A stretch of 63,742 bases of DNA, the filler included, from Choristocarpus tenellus KU-1152 (lineage: Eukaryota; Protista; Phaeophyceae), in NCBI GenBank assembly GCA_964200185.2. It is 10 parts of 10 records of this genome, joined end to end, with 100 filler letters (N's around TTAATTAATTAA, not from the genome) between each part and the next. Parts side by side here need not be neighbours in the genome. Positions count along the whole stretch, not along the records: positions 45,811 to 53,146 come from CAXNAD020006313.1; positions 53,247 to 61,085 come from CAXNAD020005503.1; 8 more parts are not named here. The stretch is one strand, 5' to 3'. Positions 45,918 through 57,995 of this stretch are shown here, piece by piece (within the stretch, counting starts at the first letter, position 1; each line of letters opens with the position of its first letter). Both the position numbers and the translations under genes were made by a program. The notes beneath the pieces were generated by a model. The model did no database searches and was not told where the DNA came from. It was given only the letters and a program-made list of their open reading frames with translations.

Positions 45918-46346
45918 TTGGGAGGGCCTGGAGCCGCCAAGAAAGCAGCATGCACGTCCCGCGGACGGCTGACTCTGGGACAGAAGCTGGAAGTTGTGGA
46001 GCTGCTGGGCCAAACGGTTACTCACACCGAGATAGCTCGGACGTACAGCTGCAGCACAAGAACAGTGTTGAACATCGCCAGTAGCAAGGAACAACTGAAA
46101 AACCGGGGCGCCACAGCCTCAGCATGCGAGATCAACGCCAAGGCCATGAGAAACGTGCCTCCGCCTTATTCGGAACTTTCTTCCCACTTCTATCACTTGG
46201 AGACCATCGCCGAAAAATGTGGTATGCGGGAGGCCGCTTTCCACTTACAGAAGGACAGGATGGCAATGGTCAACGCGCATGCCTCTAAGCCTGCAAAACA
46301 GACAGACATTAGATCCTTTGCGAGCCTACCAGAGAGGGATATGTAG
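45918..46346 (+). CDS. Truncated pogo transposase: CENP-B N-terminal HTH fused to the C-terminal tail, no DDE domain
   Basis: RGRLTLGQKLEVVELL...HTEIARTYSCSTRTVLNIASSKEQL is a CENP-B_N/psq HTH. The C-terminus is KQTDIRSF. The start codon is not certain. Confidence 0.68.
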   Translation: MGGPGAAKKAACTSRGRLTLGQKLEVVELLGQTVTHTEIARTYSCSTRTVLNIASSKEQLKNRGATASACEINAKAMRNVPPPYSELSSHFYHLETIAEKCGMREAAFHLQKDRMAMVNAHASKPAKQTDIRSFASLPERDM

Positions 46347-46398
46347 TGGAGAGCGGGGTGGTAGTGGTTCAGCGTCTTAATTCCAGCTGTAATTTGTC

Positions 46399-46672
46399 GA
46401 GCCAAAGTATCTTAGAGGGTAGGGCCGCGTCCATTTGGGGGTCAAAATCCAATGTTGCAATTNNNNNNNNNNTGCAATTTTGATGTAATTTTGGTTATTG
46501 TGTTTGTTAGGAAGTGTCAATATCCTTGTTCCGAACACACCTTTTCATAACGTATACATCTTACCTACTCCGAAACATTTTGGAGTTGGAAAATGTGATA
46601 AAAAAACATGGGAAGCCAAGTTACAAATGGACAAAAAGGGCAAAACTCGTACCCTCTTAGATACTTTCACTC
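46399..46672 (+). mobile_element. MITE family A copy, TSD TGTC
   Basis: tgtc|GAGCCAAAGTATCT...AGATACTTTCACTC|tgtc. Confidence 0.88.
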
Positions 46673-47323
46673 TGTCTTGATTTTCAGTTGTATCGCTGGT
46701 GGTCCTGTTCGGTTACGGTTCGGTGTAGAAGCGACGAGTAGGCTCGGGCACGGGCAGTCAGTCCTTCTGCTCTGCGCTCTGACGCGTGGTGGATTTTGAG
46801 TGCGGTGTGCGGTGATACAAGTACAGTATGAATGGATCGTCATCAGGGCTCTGAGCATGAGCCGTACTCTGAAACGTATCCGTGTATTGCAATGATATGC
46901 GTGAGATACATCAACACTACAGCAGGACCATACTGCTGTTATTCCCTTTCTGGATACAGTACGTACTGTATAGTACTGCTGTACATTGCCCAGTACCACT
47001 GTCTATGCGATATGACACAATGTGCATGGTACGGAATGCGCTGCCGCCACAAACACAACACAGTTACAGCTTCATTCAGCAGTACAGTACCTGACACAAG
47101 CAGCCGCGACCGTCCTCTCATCACATTCCATATTATCCACGTGGCCGCACACGTTTTTTTTGTGCGGTAGGCGATACTGCCGTACCAGGTATGTGTTTAA
47201 AGTGTGTCATATCTCTGAAATACGCGCGTATGTAGATGATTTCCCCGAATAGTGCGGGGTCCCGCAATAGTTCGGTAAATGCTTCTTGTCACTACACCAC
47301 ACTAAAGTGGGACCCTTACTGTA

Positions 47324-49022
47324 CTACCTCCGTGCCATAATCCTGTGACGCGTTGTCCATAATGTTTGAAGATGATGAAATTCATTTCTGGAAGGAAGAT
47401 TTGGAATCCTTGTCGAATTTCTGGTTATGGTCAGCTCTTTTTATTACTACTACTCCCCATCCATCCATCACAATTTTATCAGTCACAGAAAAGGCCTCCA
47501 TGTCTACCTTCGGCGTGTTTTTAAGCTCACCAGACAACTGCCTCTTTCTTACCCCTGCGTGCTCCACGCGGAAGTCATTCCCCCTTTTGTATGTTAGTAC
47601 TTGATTGTACACCACAAAATGGACCTGCCAGACCCTCTCAAGTGTGGTTTCATCATACTCTTTCATACTGTTTCTTAAGACCTTCACCATCTCCTCAACG
47701 GACCCAAACCGCTCCCCCCATCACCCAGCATTTCAAAGACCTGAACAAGCACAGGTCCATGATATTGAGGTCGGAGGAGTTAGATGGCTGCGTCACAAGT
47801 CTAATCGACCACACCTCAGTCTTCCCTGCCCCTGACAAGATTTCTGAGTTGCCCTTACCCGTGCGGGGGGTGGCACTGTCTTGCTGAACGACAACATACT
47901 TCCCCTGCAACCAAGGCATCTTGGTCTTGATTGCAGGCAGTAACTCCTCCATGTACCACTTCCTGTACCACAAATGGTCGAAAGTACAGTCTTGCTCATA
48001 TACACATCCCCCTTTTTATGGTTCTTGCTCGTCCTGTCAGCTGTTTTTGGCGCACACACACACGCCAAACACCAAGCTTTCCATCTAAGCTGTGAGCCGA
48101 ATCTGGGCGGGCGTTGGCTGCAATGATCATGGTTTTGGGGATATGACTCTTGTACTGCACAGTAGGGTAGTTTGGAAGGTCGCTATCATCCTCATGCGGA
48201 AATAACCTAATCCTTTCCCCATCAGCCATCAGGTAAAACCAGGTTTCACCCACGTGAATCGTGTTCACCGTGGAGGCGTAAACACCAAGTTTCTGGTCCA
48301 CTGGATTGCAAACCAAGTCCATTCTCCATACATTTTGCCACTATTTAAGCTTGGATTTGATCCAGCGCGATTCGGCATGGCCTCCATATCATCCAACCAC
48401 CTATTTATGGTGCTCGTGCTATAATTCAGCCCCTTGGTGACCATCTTCATTGTCTTTTGACGCACTGTGGATGACCGATTATCGGAGTTGATACTATGTT
48501 TAGCGACCATCTTGGTCAGTGTGAGCTCCAAAGGCCGCCTAGTACGTGCCGCCACTCCTAGGTCAAGCGTGTGACCACGGCTAAGCTGATTGGCGACGTC
48601 CTCCCAGAGCCCTCGCATGTAACGCTCAGACAGTCCAAACTCTGCTGCGAGGGTCGGCCCAACATATGGCCGCAGTTTATGCTCACCAGGGACCGCCGCG
48701 AGGGCGTGCCGCACTGCAAGCGCAACCCTGATATTCAGGGACTTGGGCACCCTTGCTAAATGGGGGAGTCGACGGGGGGTTGCCATGCCGAAATTCTGAC
48801 CCTCAACGTGCCCAGTTCTGGCCTCAAAGTCACTCCAAAAGACCCCTACTTTGACAACTTGAAGCACCTCGGATTTGTCCCTGATGATCCTCAACCCCCA
48901 CATTTTCTGAAAGCTGAGATTGTCAACCTGATTTCAATCTTTGGGGTTATTGTCCGATTCAGCACCGTTCTCGCTCGGCGAGCCCAGATGTTTCACGGCA
49001 CAAACCTATGGCACAGAGGTAG
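47324..49022 (-). mobile_element. Full-length decayed Tc1/mariner element of the plant-type DD39D group
   Basis: TA|CTACCTCCGTGCCATA ... TATGGCACAGAGGTAG|TA (Stowaway-like TIR, TA TSD). The frameshifted transposase has IHV(G)ETWFY, KSHIPK, ANARP, DGKLGVW, LLPAIKTKMP, VQQDSA, QPSNSSDLNIMDL and GNDF. Confidence 0.92.
47382..48786 (-). pseudogene. Mariner transposase pseudogene
   Basis: Five overlapping ORF fragments (48265-48903, 47996-48322, 47793-48068, 47695-47973, 47382-47690) joined by frameshifts. The first catalytic Asp is replaced by Gly. Confidence 0.88.
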
Positions 49023-50726
49023 TATATGGATAATGCCAGAATATCACATTTTGGGCCAACCATTTCCTCGATCAACATGCATGTGGATTGCTGGTCGAGA
49101 AGTTCAGCCCTTTCGGTGTTGAGATTGACCACCTTGTCATTTTGGAGCGCTTCAAGTGTTACCCTCGTCATTTCGTGATGAGTCTCTTTTCCTTAAGTAA
49201 TTTACCAGATTCATCGAGGACTTGTTGGGATACATTCTGTCTCGTCCCTTCTCTATCTCAAAACCACCTTCTAGGTGTTAGTAGAAACCAGTTTAATTCG
49301 CAAGGTGTACAGTTTTCCATCTTCCTAGTATAGGTGTTAAGAAACTCCTAGAAAGCTGGCGCCTCACACATTTGAGCTGTTCGTCAAACACTTCCTCATC
49401 CTTCCTGAGGATGGTATTTTGGGGGTCTGTGCACTGCTGCTGCCAAGCCTGTTCCTCCAAGAAGACTGCTTAAGCCTGGTCACATACACACCACCCACCT
49501 GGAAACACCTTCTTTGTGGGAAGTGACAATACTTCCAAACCAGCTTCTAACAAATGTGTTCTGTGTATAAAGCTGCTCTGTTATTAAAAATTGGAGTTTT
49601 ACATATGCTGTATCGTTGGATGTTACTGCTTCTGTTAATGGGATTTTTTGACAACCACACCAACCACTTCAGTTCGAAGCAGTCGGGGATTGACTCGGCA
49701 TTAGAGCTTGTCGGAGGAGAAAAACATATCTTTCCACCAGGGACACTAAGGAGAGAAATAAAAAGTAGCTTCAAGTGTTCGTCTGAGGAACAGATACAGA
49801 CACAAAAACACAACTAGAGCATAGACCACACTACCACATCAATCTCTCTGGTTGTGTTGACTAGAGCGTGGATCCCGCAAATCCCTATCACCAACCTTTT
49901 CCACACTTTGGAAGGTAAAGATCACCCTCACACTGTCCATGTCAAGTTTTTATTGGGATGATTGCTTACAAATCCCTCTTTCTGGCACCTGGAGAGGGGC
50001 CCCATTGCACTGGAACAATGAGTTCGAACACTGAGCTAAAATTTGCCATACTAATTAACGAACATTGGTTGCCGAGGGTGCCGGGTGCCAACCAAGCCAA
50101 AATATTCCTGACGGATACTTGCCTGGCCTGTGTCTGTGTCACTGGATGGAAGTAACTATACCCTAAACAATGTATCAATCATTGTTGTGAAAAAGTGAAA
50201 GGATCATGCAGTTCCCTAGTGTGCAATTGGTGGTTCAACAACGATACTACCCAGCTAAGGACAGAGAATTCGTTTGGGATTACCTCTGACCACTCGTCTA
50301 GAAAACATATGCAAAAAATGTAAACAGTAACCAACTTATGCCACCCTCGAAGATTTTATACCTCAATTATAGCATATTTGACTTTAAACTCATAGTACAA
50401 ATATGACCTCTATCCCAATTAATAACTATTGTTGAAGCCTTTTCGTTCAGACACTAATTACTTCCATGATTAGACATACCTAACAATAACTAAATAATAT
50501 AGTCACATTATCATAATAATAGTAATCATGCAAGCAAAAGTCAACAGTGCTCCATCTCACCCGAAAATGGAGGTCCTTTAGCGATTAAAAAAGCTCCATT
50601 CCACTTAACAATAATTGGGCCACGCAAGAGACCAAGACTCTAAATGAAATTGCTTACACCTTAACGGCAATTATTTCCCGTAGGGTAATATCAATCTGCC
50701 TACAAACGATATATTAGAGCATGTAA

Positions 50727-51675
50727 GAGTCAAAGTATCTTAGAGGGTAGGGCCGCGTCCGTTTGGGGGCCAAAACCCAATGTTGCGATATTGATGTTTT
50801 GATTGTCGTGTTTGTTAGAAGGTGTCAATATCCATGTTCTGGACACACCATTTCATAACGTATACATCTTACCCACTCCAAAACATTTTGGAGTAGGTAA
50901 AATATGTAATGGAAAACCTGTGGGAAGCCAAGCCCCAAATGGACAAACAGGGCGAAATTCGTACCCTCTAATATACTTTCACTCTAAAATTATAAAATTT
51001 CTGGAGTAGTATGGAGTCAAAGTATCTTAGAGGGTAGAGCCACGTCCGTTTGGGGGCTAAAATCCAATGTCGTGATTTGATATAATTTTGGCTATCATGT
51101 TTGTTAGAAAGTTTCAATATCCTTGTTCTGGTCAGACCTTTTCAAAACGTATACATTTTACCTACTCCAAAAAATTTCAGAGTAGGTAAAATATCGTTAA
51201 AAACCCATGGGAAGCCAAGCCCCAAACGGACAAACACGGCAAAATTCTTACCCTCTAAGATACTTTCACTCATGTGTGTCCTGTACGCCTTTATTGTACA
51301 CCGTTCCAACAGTAAGTTGGTCGCTTTCGTTGTTGTTTTCCTCACTTAGGCCTTGGGGCTACCTTCCAACCAGCACCTTCGGTCAAAGGCAAAACACTGC
51401 ACTCTTTCTCATACTGACTGGAAGTATCTTAGAAGGTACGAGTTTTGCCCTGTTTGTCCGTTTGGGGCTTGGCTTCCCACGTTTTTTTTATGACATTTTC
51501 CAACTCTAAACTGTTTTGCAGTAGGTAATATGTATACGTTATGAAAAGGTGTGTCCAGAACATGGACATTGACACTTCCTAACAAGCACGATAGTAAACA
51601 TTTAATCAAAATCACAACATTGGATTTTGGCCCCCAAACGGACACACGGCTCTACCCTCTAAAATACTTTCACTC
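50727..51675. mobile_element. Cluster of three MITE family A copies: 50727-50984 (+), 51014-51271 (+), 51416-51675 (-)
   Basis: Each copy has AAAGTATCTTAGAGGGTA-type TIRs; flanking duplications are TAA, ATG and ACT. Confidence 0.88.
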
Positions 51676-52047
51676 ACTGCGTACCTAACTACGACACTAC
51701 GACTTATTGCACTGCCTCCATTCGTGACTCACATCTTTTGCACTGGGTTCAACCGTGAGCCAAAGGAAGCAAGAGGTACCCAGGCTTTGACCATTTTGCG
51801 TTTAAGTCTGTTTTTCAATCTTTTGTGATTCACTCCATGTTACTATGGATGAAGTTCTAAGTTTGACTTAAGGGTGTTCGTGTCTCTATTGTCTAGATGT
51901 TTCAGAAACAATTCAGAAAATATTCTATACACCGTAGTAAAAAATTTCAACTTTGCACATATTTGTTAGCATCCTTAAAATGCAAGCCTGGGTACGTCTT
52001 GCTTATTTTTATTCTGTACATCACCGCCTCCCTCAGAAATATTGTTC

Positions 52048-52810
52048 TCTACTCACCTCGGCATCGCTCATTAAAGAAGACTTGCCGCCTCTTTTCAGTT
52101 TTCTCCGCATTTTTTTGTCTTTGCCACACACAGGATAGCTCACCTTAGACAACATTGTACATTTGTTACAAAGTGATAGTGGCATATTTTTGTTTTTGAT
52201 AGCATGTTGAGTTTAACTGTATTGTGCTATTGTTTCCGTGTCATTTCGCAAATTCTGGGCTTATTGTTGTATTCGAATGAAAGTATCTTAGAGGGTATGA
52301 ATTTTGCCCTTTTTGTCCATTTGTGGCTTGGCTTCCCATGGGATCTTTTATGACATTTTCTTACTCCAAAATGTTTAGGAGTCGGTAAAATGTGTATGTT
52401 GCTAAGATGTGTGCCCGAAACATGGATATTGACACTTCCTACAAAAAAATAACAAACACGATCGACAAAATTTAATCGAAATCGCAACATTGGATTTTTG
52501 CCCCCTAATGGACGCGGCTCTACCCTCTAAGATACTTTGGCTAATTTTGTGTTCTTTTGCATAGGTACTCACCTCGGCATCGCTCAATAAAGAAGGCTTG
52601 CCACCTCTTTTCATTTTTCTCCGCATCCTTTTGTCATTGCCACACACAGGATAGCTCACCTTAGACACATTGCACATTTGCTACATGTGATCGTGGCATA
52701 TTTTTTTGTTTTTGATAGCATGTTGAGTTTAACTGTATTGTGCTATTGTTTTCGTGACATTTCGCAAATTCTGGGCTTATTGTTGTATTTTGTGTTCTTT
52801 TGCATAGGTG
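52048..52810. repeat. ~245-bp tandem duplication; the first unit is interrupted by a MITE A copy (52275-52543, -)
   Basis: tactcacctcggcatcgctca...ttattgttgtattttgtgttcttttgcataggt occurs twice, and the second unit carries the empty insertion site. Confidence 0.85.
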
Positions 52811-52899
52811 AGCAAATCTGCGTATGGACTTGTCGCATGTCCATGGGCTGGTCCATTCTTACAGTCATCATCAATAAAAATAAAATTGATTTTACATGT

Positions 52900-53105
52900 A
52901 CCGAAGGGATTTCAAGTGTCAAAAGGTCATCTAGATATGATCAGGTTTCTCGGAACAAGTTGATAGGCATTAGGTCGTCTTCTTGTTTGAATAACTTTCC
53001 TGATATATGTCAACACCCTCGAACATACTTCTGAGTATGCGGGCCTTGATTGCCGGGATGACATCCTCGATCATGAACTTCTTACACCTCTCTCCGTCCA
53101 CCGTG
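52900..53105 (-). mobile_element. Small TE fragments: Gypsy RT YLDD motif and a second mariner piece
   Basis: SYLDDLLT at ~52915-52940; DGERCKKFMIEDVIPAIKAR at ~53040-53100, homologous to LLPAIKTK in the 47-49 kb element. Confidence 0.5.
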
Positions 53106-53246
53106 GGGGTTTGGGGGGTCCTAAGTGGGGTGCAGGTACACACTATNNNNNNNNNNNNNNNNNNNNNNNNNNNNNNNNNNNNNNNNNNNNTTAATTAATT
53201 AANNNNNNNNNNNNNNNNNNNNNNNNNNNNNNNNNNNNNNNNNNNN

Positions 53247-55204
53247 CCACCACGGCCGAAGTTGAGGAGCAGGGTACGTTGCTTGGATTTGAGGCGTTGT
53301 TCTCTCTCTCTGGCCTTGCGAGACTCCTTCATACGCCGTTCACTTTGTTTTTTTGCCTCCTTCTGAAGCTGCCCTCCACACACACATCCACATGGCCCCA
53401 ACCCCAACATCCACAGTATTCAAGTCCTTGTGTTGGTTAGTTGACGATTAGCATCAAGATCTATTGATACATGGGAGACACTACTTCTTGAGATTGATTG
53501 TGCTGTAGGCGTAGGTGGTGATGGGGTACTCGAGTGAATACTTGGAACTTCCTTGGTAGGAGCCATACATAGAACTATCACTCTTCCAGAGGGAGAGTCA
53601 GAGCTAAGGGGAGGATTGATAATGGTTCATGTATCATATGAATGCAGGTCATGACAATTATTACAAGATAGGAGTGGCGTTTGAAAGAGGCCATCACCAT
53701 TTGATAGAAATATGTAGGGAATACAAACAATGCCGGACCTTTGGATAGGTGGCACAAGTGATTCGCTTGTATTTTTTGTCTCAACATATTTAAACAAGAA
53801 AAATGCTTTAAAAAAATGCATTGAAAGGTGACACAAAGGACAGAGTAGAGCAGTGTTCAAAAGAACTTCACCTCCACACATCTAGAGCACCACATTATTC
53901 TTTGGTGGATCATCCTCTTAGTACTAAATCTCGCAAGACCAAAAACAAACATCCATTCCATCGGCATTCTACAAGGGAAAATCGTAACCTTGCACTGGAT
54001 TTGTCCCTTGTGAATGTTGTACACACATCACACATACCTTACAAATGATGCAATCGATGTGTGGAGTATGGCCCAGCATTACCTTACCAAGAGGTGTCAC
54101 AGACACTACCACTGGGATCGTTCGACGACCTGTAGCAGTAGCCATTGCCAAAATATCAGTAGCATCCATTGTGCTATTCGTTGGCGTCGTTTGCTTCAAG
54201 TCCACCTCCGCTTCCACCGCCAACATATCTACTTCGATGGACACAGACGCGGCACTTGCATCCATCAACGGGGCAAGAAGCATTGTCATCTTGCCTGGGA
54301 TGTAGCCAATGAAATCCCCACTTGGAACACTACCACTTCTTTTACCGGCAACCCTTGGTGGACAGAAGTGCAGCGGTGCAAGCAAGACCTTAATAGCATT
54401 TCCATCGTGCGGATTGCAAGGCTCACGCTCAAGGAACAGCTCCCTGATGCCAGCTCGAATCCCTCGAGTAATGGTGGAAGTCGCTGCTGGAGATGTTGGC
54501 GGCTTTACCACCTCGTCACGAAATTGAAGTCCGACCACGTTCATTCGTAGGGGGATGATGTCGTGGCCTCGTTCAACCCCGGCTCCCTTTGCCTCACGAC
54601 CTCCGGGACCATCATTTTTCCAGTCGCTGAAGGTCACGGAAGGGGGGCACGGTTCTTCGGCGCTGCCTCCGTCCTCACCCTCAAGGTACTGGGAGGAATA
54701 TGCCCCAATCGTGCCATGATCACTCTGAGTGGAATTCCGGGGTGATTGAAAGGTTCGTCCATCCTTATGGAAAGGTCTTGGGCTCCCCACTTTCAGGCTT
54801 TTCACAGGGACGCTGAGGCCTGTACTGGCGTGTCCAGAGCTTCCATGAACAAGGGAACTGGCCTTCACGAAGGATAAACCAAGGTTGTCATTAGGAGGAT
54901 ATTTACTGGGGAATGCGCTGAGCGTTTCCCTACGGAGACCTTCGACAGACCCAACCAGATAGCTTGCCTTCTTGAAAGACGGCCCTCTACCAGAAGCCGT
55001 GTTCGTGCAATCAGGGGAGGATGGATTGTCAAGAGGGGAGTGTCGCAAGCGACTTGTTTCATGATTTGGACATGGCTTCGATGGTTGCCCCAGATTTGAC
55101 TTTTCCGCCACGCTTGAGGCTCCCGTGCCAAAGAAGGATAGTATACCACGCTGCTTACTACCATCCTTCTGCGTGAGCTGCTTACCCTTGCGCTTGGGAG
55201 GCAT
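53247..55204 (-). CDS. HIRAN-domain DNA-repair protein, 3'-partial; exon 55204-54083 and probable exon 53368-53247
   Basis: MPPKRKGK (NLS-like), QRGILSFF (PIP-box), a long disordered region, then MNVVGLQFR...LFLEREPCNPHDGNAIKV...FIGYIPGKMTMLLAPLMD (HIRAN). Donor AAG|gtaatg. The catalytic domain is not in the window. Confidence 0.82.
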
Positions 55205-57280
55205 AGGACGCAAGATCAAGAACTTGGGATGACAAGCACGTCCAAACTAGGATTCAAATAATCGATTTCTTCTTGTTGAATTGAAATCGTACGAAGAAAA
55301 TCCACCTTCGTACCTTCAACACAAAACCTATTTGGGGTTTTCTGTCTCATACAAGATAGTATCTCTGAGATCAGAACAGGAGAGTTTGATAACATATTTC
55401 CCAAGAAAGGTCATGTACACCTTAATTAAGTACCTACTACCTTATCCTCTGGAGGTCTGCATCCTAACCTTAACTGAAGTTCACAAATAGGTAAGATATT
55501 CTGACTGGTGGTTGTGAAAATCATACATACATATATTATTATTACATATATTATTGTAGTCCTTCGATCTATATCGGAAGTGTATGGAATACAATGATAC
55601 GTATATTGTTCCAAATGTTTGGGACAAAATATTGCTGGAACAATGAGGTCACCTATAACCTTCACAAGGATGTTGTATCCCCACCACTAGTAGTGCCTGT
55701 GATGCCCTTCCCTCACATCAGACCTCCATCATCACTGAAAGTAGGTGTCCTGCTCATGCGATATTTCACTTACCATAAGAACACCTTCCCTAATCAGTTG
55801 TTTCTCCCTATGTGGAATTGGTGAAGTTTATTCAGCCCCTTCAGCAGGGCCAAACCAGGTTGTTCTGAATGAACAACAGACATATTGGTCCCTACCGTTC
55901 CCACCTAGCACTCTTCTGACCTGACCATCATAATAACCTCCTGTATAAAGAGTAAAAATAACATATTGTGAGGGGATAGCAGATGTTGCAAAATGTTTGT
56001 GTTAACCTAATTGGCTGGATCAGACACACCTGCCGTCCCATCAGTGACGTGAATGTTGCTGTTCTCACATGCCGCCAACCACCCTGATCTTGCTACAATT
56101 CCACACAAAAGCAATTTTGATACTACTACCCGCTAGCTGTGTGACCATATATATATATATATAAATCCTTCAGAATATGTCGGCCGTGAACTGCAAAATA
56201 ATCAAGGAAATGGGATCAGCATGATGAACAATGTCTAGTATTTCTCACCATGTACTATCACACTAATGTGTAGAGGTAAGGTATCCTCTGTCTGGATTAT
56301 GTAGACTGGTTGGATTGAGGACAGGAAGGCATTGGAGCACCCAAAACACTTCTTCGGATCACATACAAGTGCAAATATAGTATTGTGTATTTTTTTTGGC
56401 ATGACAAGCAGAACAAATCAAGGCAAACAACCCTCAGAAACAACTATCTCAGTAAGCCCACACGATGAAACCAAGGGGATTCCGACAGGGTGGTGAAATA
56501 TTTTCCACAACCCACAAACAAACCAAAATTATATACTATGTGTATGCTGAAAAGAAACGATGAGTTTTCATGCACCTCCTGATCTGCAGCCCACCACTCA
56601 CACCGAGGAAGCAGCTAGCATCGGCACTTCTCGAAAGTTTCTTACTTTTTAAAGGATCTATCTTTCTGTGTCACATCTAGGCTCCTGTCAGTTTCCACTC
56701 TTTCAGCCGGCAACAGGCGCGATGGTTTGTCTGCGATCATCGCCATCTCTGCTCGGGTGTGTAGACCAAGCATCAGTGTTGCCACCCACCCGTAGACACT
56801 TGGCTCGCTTTCGGCTATGGAAAATGAATCAGAGAAGGGTTAACGGGGAAAAAAAGCACTGTAAGTAAATAAGAGAAGTTTATTGCTTCAGTACACATGG
56901 TGCACAGTGGAAGGTGACCATGCAACTTGGCATTGCTTGAAAATGTGCCCATCAAGCAGTTGGTGGAAACACATACAACCAAAGTGGATGACAGTTAGCG
57001 CTGTAATTATATCACTCTACAATTATTGTCATGCACATGGTCTTGCTTCTGAGCCTGTGTCTTACCCTTGGTAGGCACAATTTGTCGTGATTTGCTTCCA
57101 TCTTTGGACATCTCGAATGATCTATCATAGAGTGGGGGTCGATTTCTGCGCCCATAAAGATCAACAGTAACTCTCATGTTAGGTTGGTGAGTTGGTTGCA
57201 TATTTCTGGACGTATGCCCACTATAATTGAATCATGATCAAGTTGCATGCATGATGACCAACGCACCCCAATACAGACAC

Positions 57281-57995
57281 TCACATCTGAGGTTCTTCAA
57301 TATACTCCTTGAGGGTCTGATTGAGAGCCGTGAGCGTGAAGATCTTGTTACTCCGTCCTATGGAGTACACCCTGTCCTTGAACCGAACCCAAACACTGTT
57401 GAGCTTGAAGAATCCACAGACTCGAAGATTCTTGGCATCTGTCGGAAATTCAATGGTTGTCACATGCACAACATTCCCTGAGCCATTCCAAGGACCCCCT
57501 CTGCTGTCCTTCACCAGAATGTAGTTCTCGGGATTGTATTCCTTGAACAGTTCCCTTCTCTTGGAGCTCGCCAGAGAGGTAGTACCACTGGTATCGATTA
57601 TACCCATCACATTTTCCATGTGTTTGGTCACCACGCTCGTCCTGTTGCAAAGCGCCCACCTATCTTCGTGAATCACCCAGTAAGATACTCGGAAGCTGCT
57701 GGCGTTTCGGAGTTCTATGCGAGGAGAACCCAACCGCAGCAGGCCTGAAGAATTTGTCTCTTCTCGTTGGGTGGATTTGCACTTCCAATCCAGCTTATGC
57801 TTTCGACAAACTGCACCAAACGATGCTCCCATGCTGCTTTCCCTGTCCAGGTGGATATGGATACTCCTCGTTGGTACTTTCTTCGTCCTTCTATACCCAG
57901 TGGATGAACCTGAGATCTTTGCCCGGAGTGCATCAAAGCGCGGCTTTCGTATGTTTGTATCGAATATACTTGTATTCTCCTCAATATCCTTGACT
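57281..57995 (-). CDS. Hypothetical protein, probably a long terminal exon (~238 codons)
   Basis: The 183-aa ORF stays open ~55 codons upstream of its ATG, up to a pyrimidine tract and ttagtag acceptor (~57996-58015). It contains a globular-looking IELRNASSFRVSYWVI...LRVCGFF...WVRFKDRVY segment. Confidence 0.6.

Larger units (their letters stand above)
45811..47321 (+). mobile_element. Internally deleted pogo/Tigger-like element
   Basis: Contains a CENP-B-type HTH ORF. The right end ...GGGACCCTTACTG|TA is a CAGTA-type TIR with a TA target. The left end lies beyond the contig start. Confidence 0.6.

Noticed and set aside
49025-50250. Gypsy RT relic right of the mariner
   Set aside because: Only a vague resemblance (VTLEALQNDK). 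No diagnostic motif survives, so it was not called.
50727-52543. MITE cluster as a CRISPR-like repeat-spacer array
   Set aside because: The units are ~260 bp with TIRs and TSDs, in mixed orientation and dispersed elsewhere. There are no cas genes.
57281-57832. Intronless N-myristoylated protein starting MGASFG
   Set aside because: The frame is open well upstream to a splice acceptor, so this Met is probably internal.
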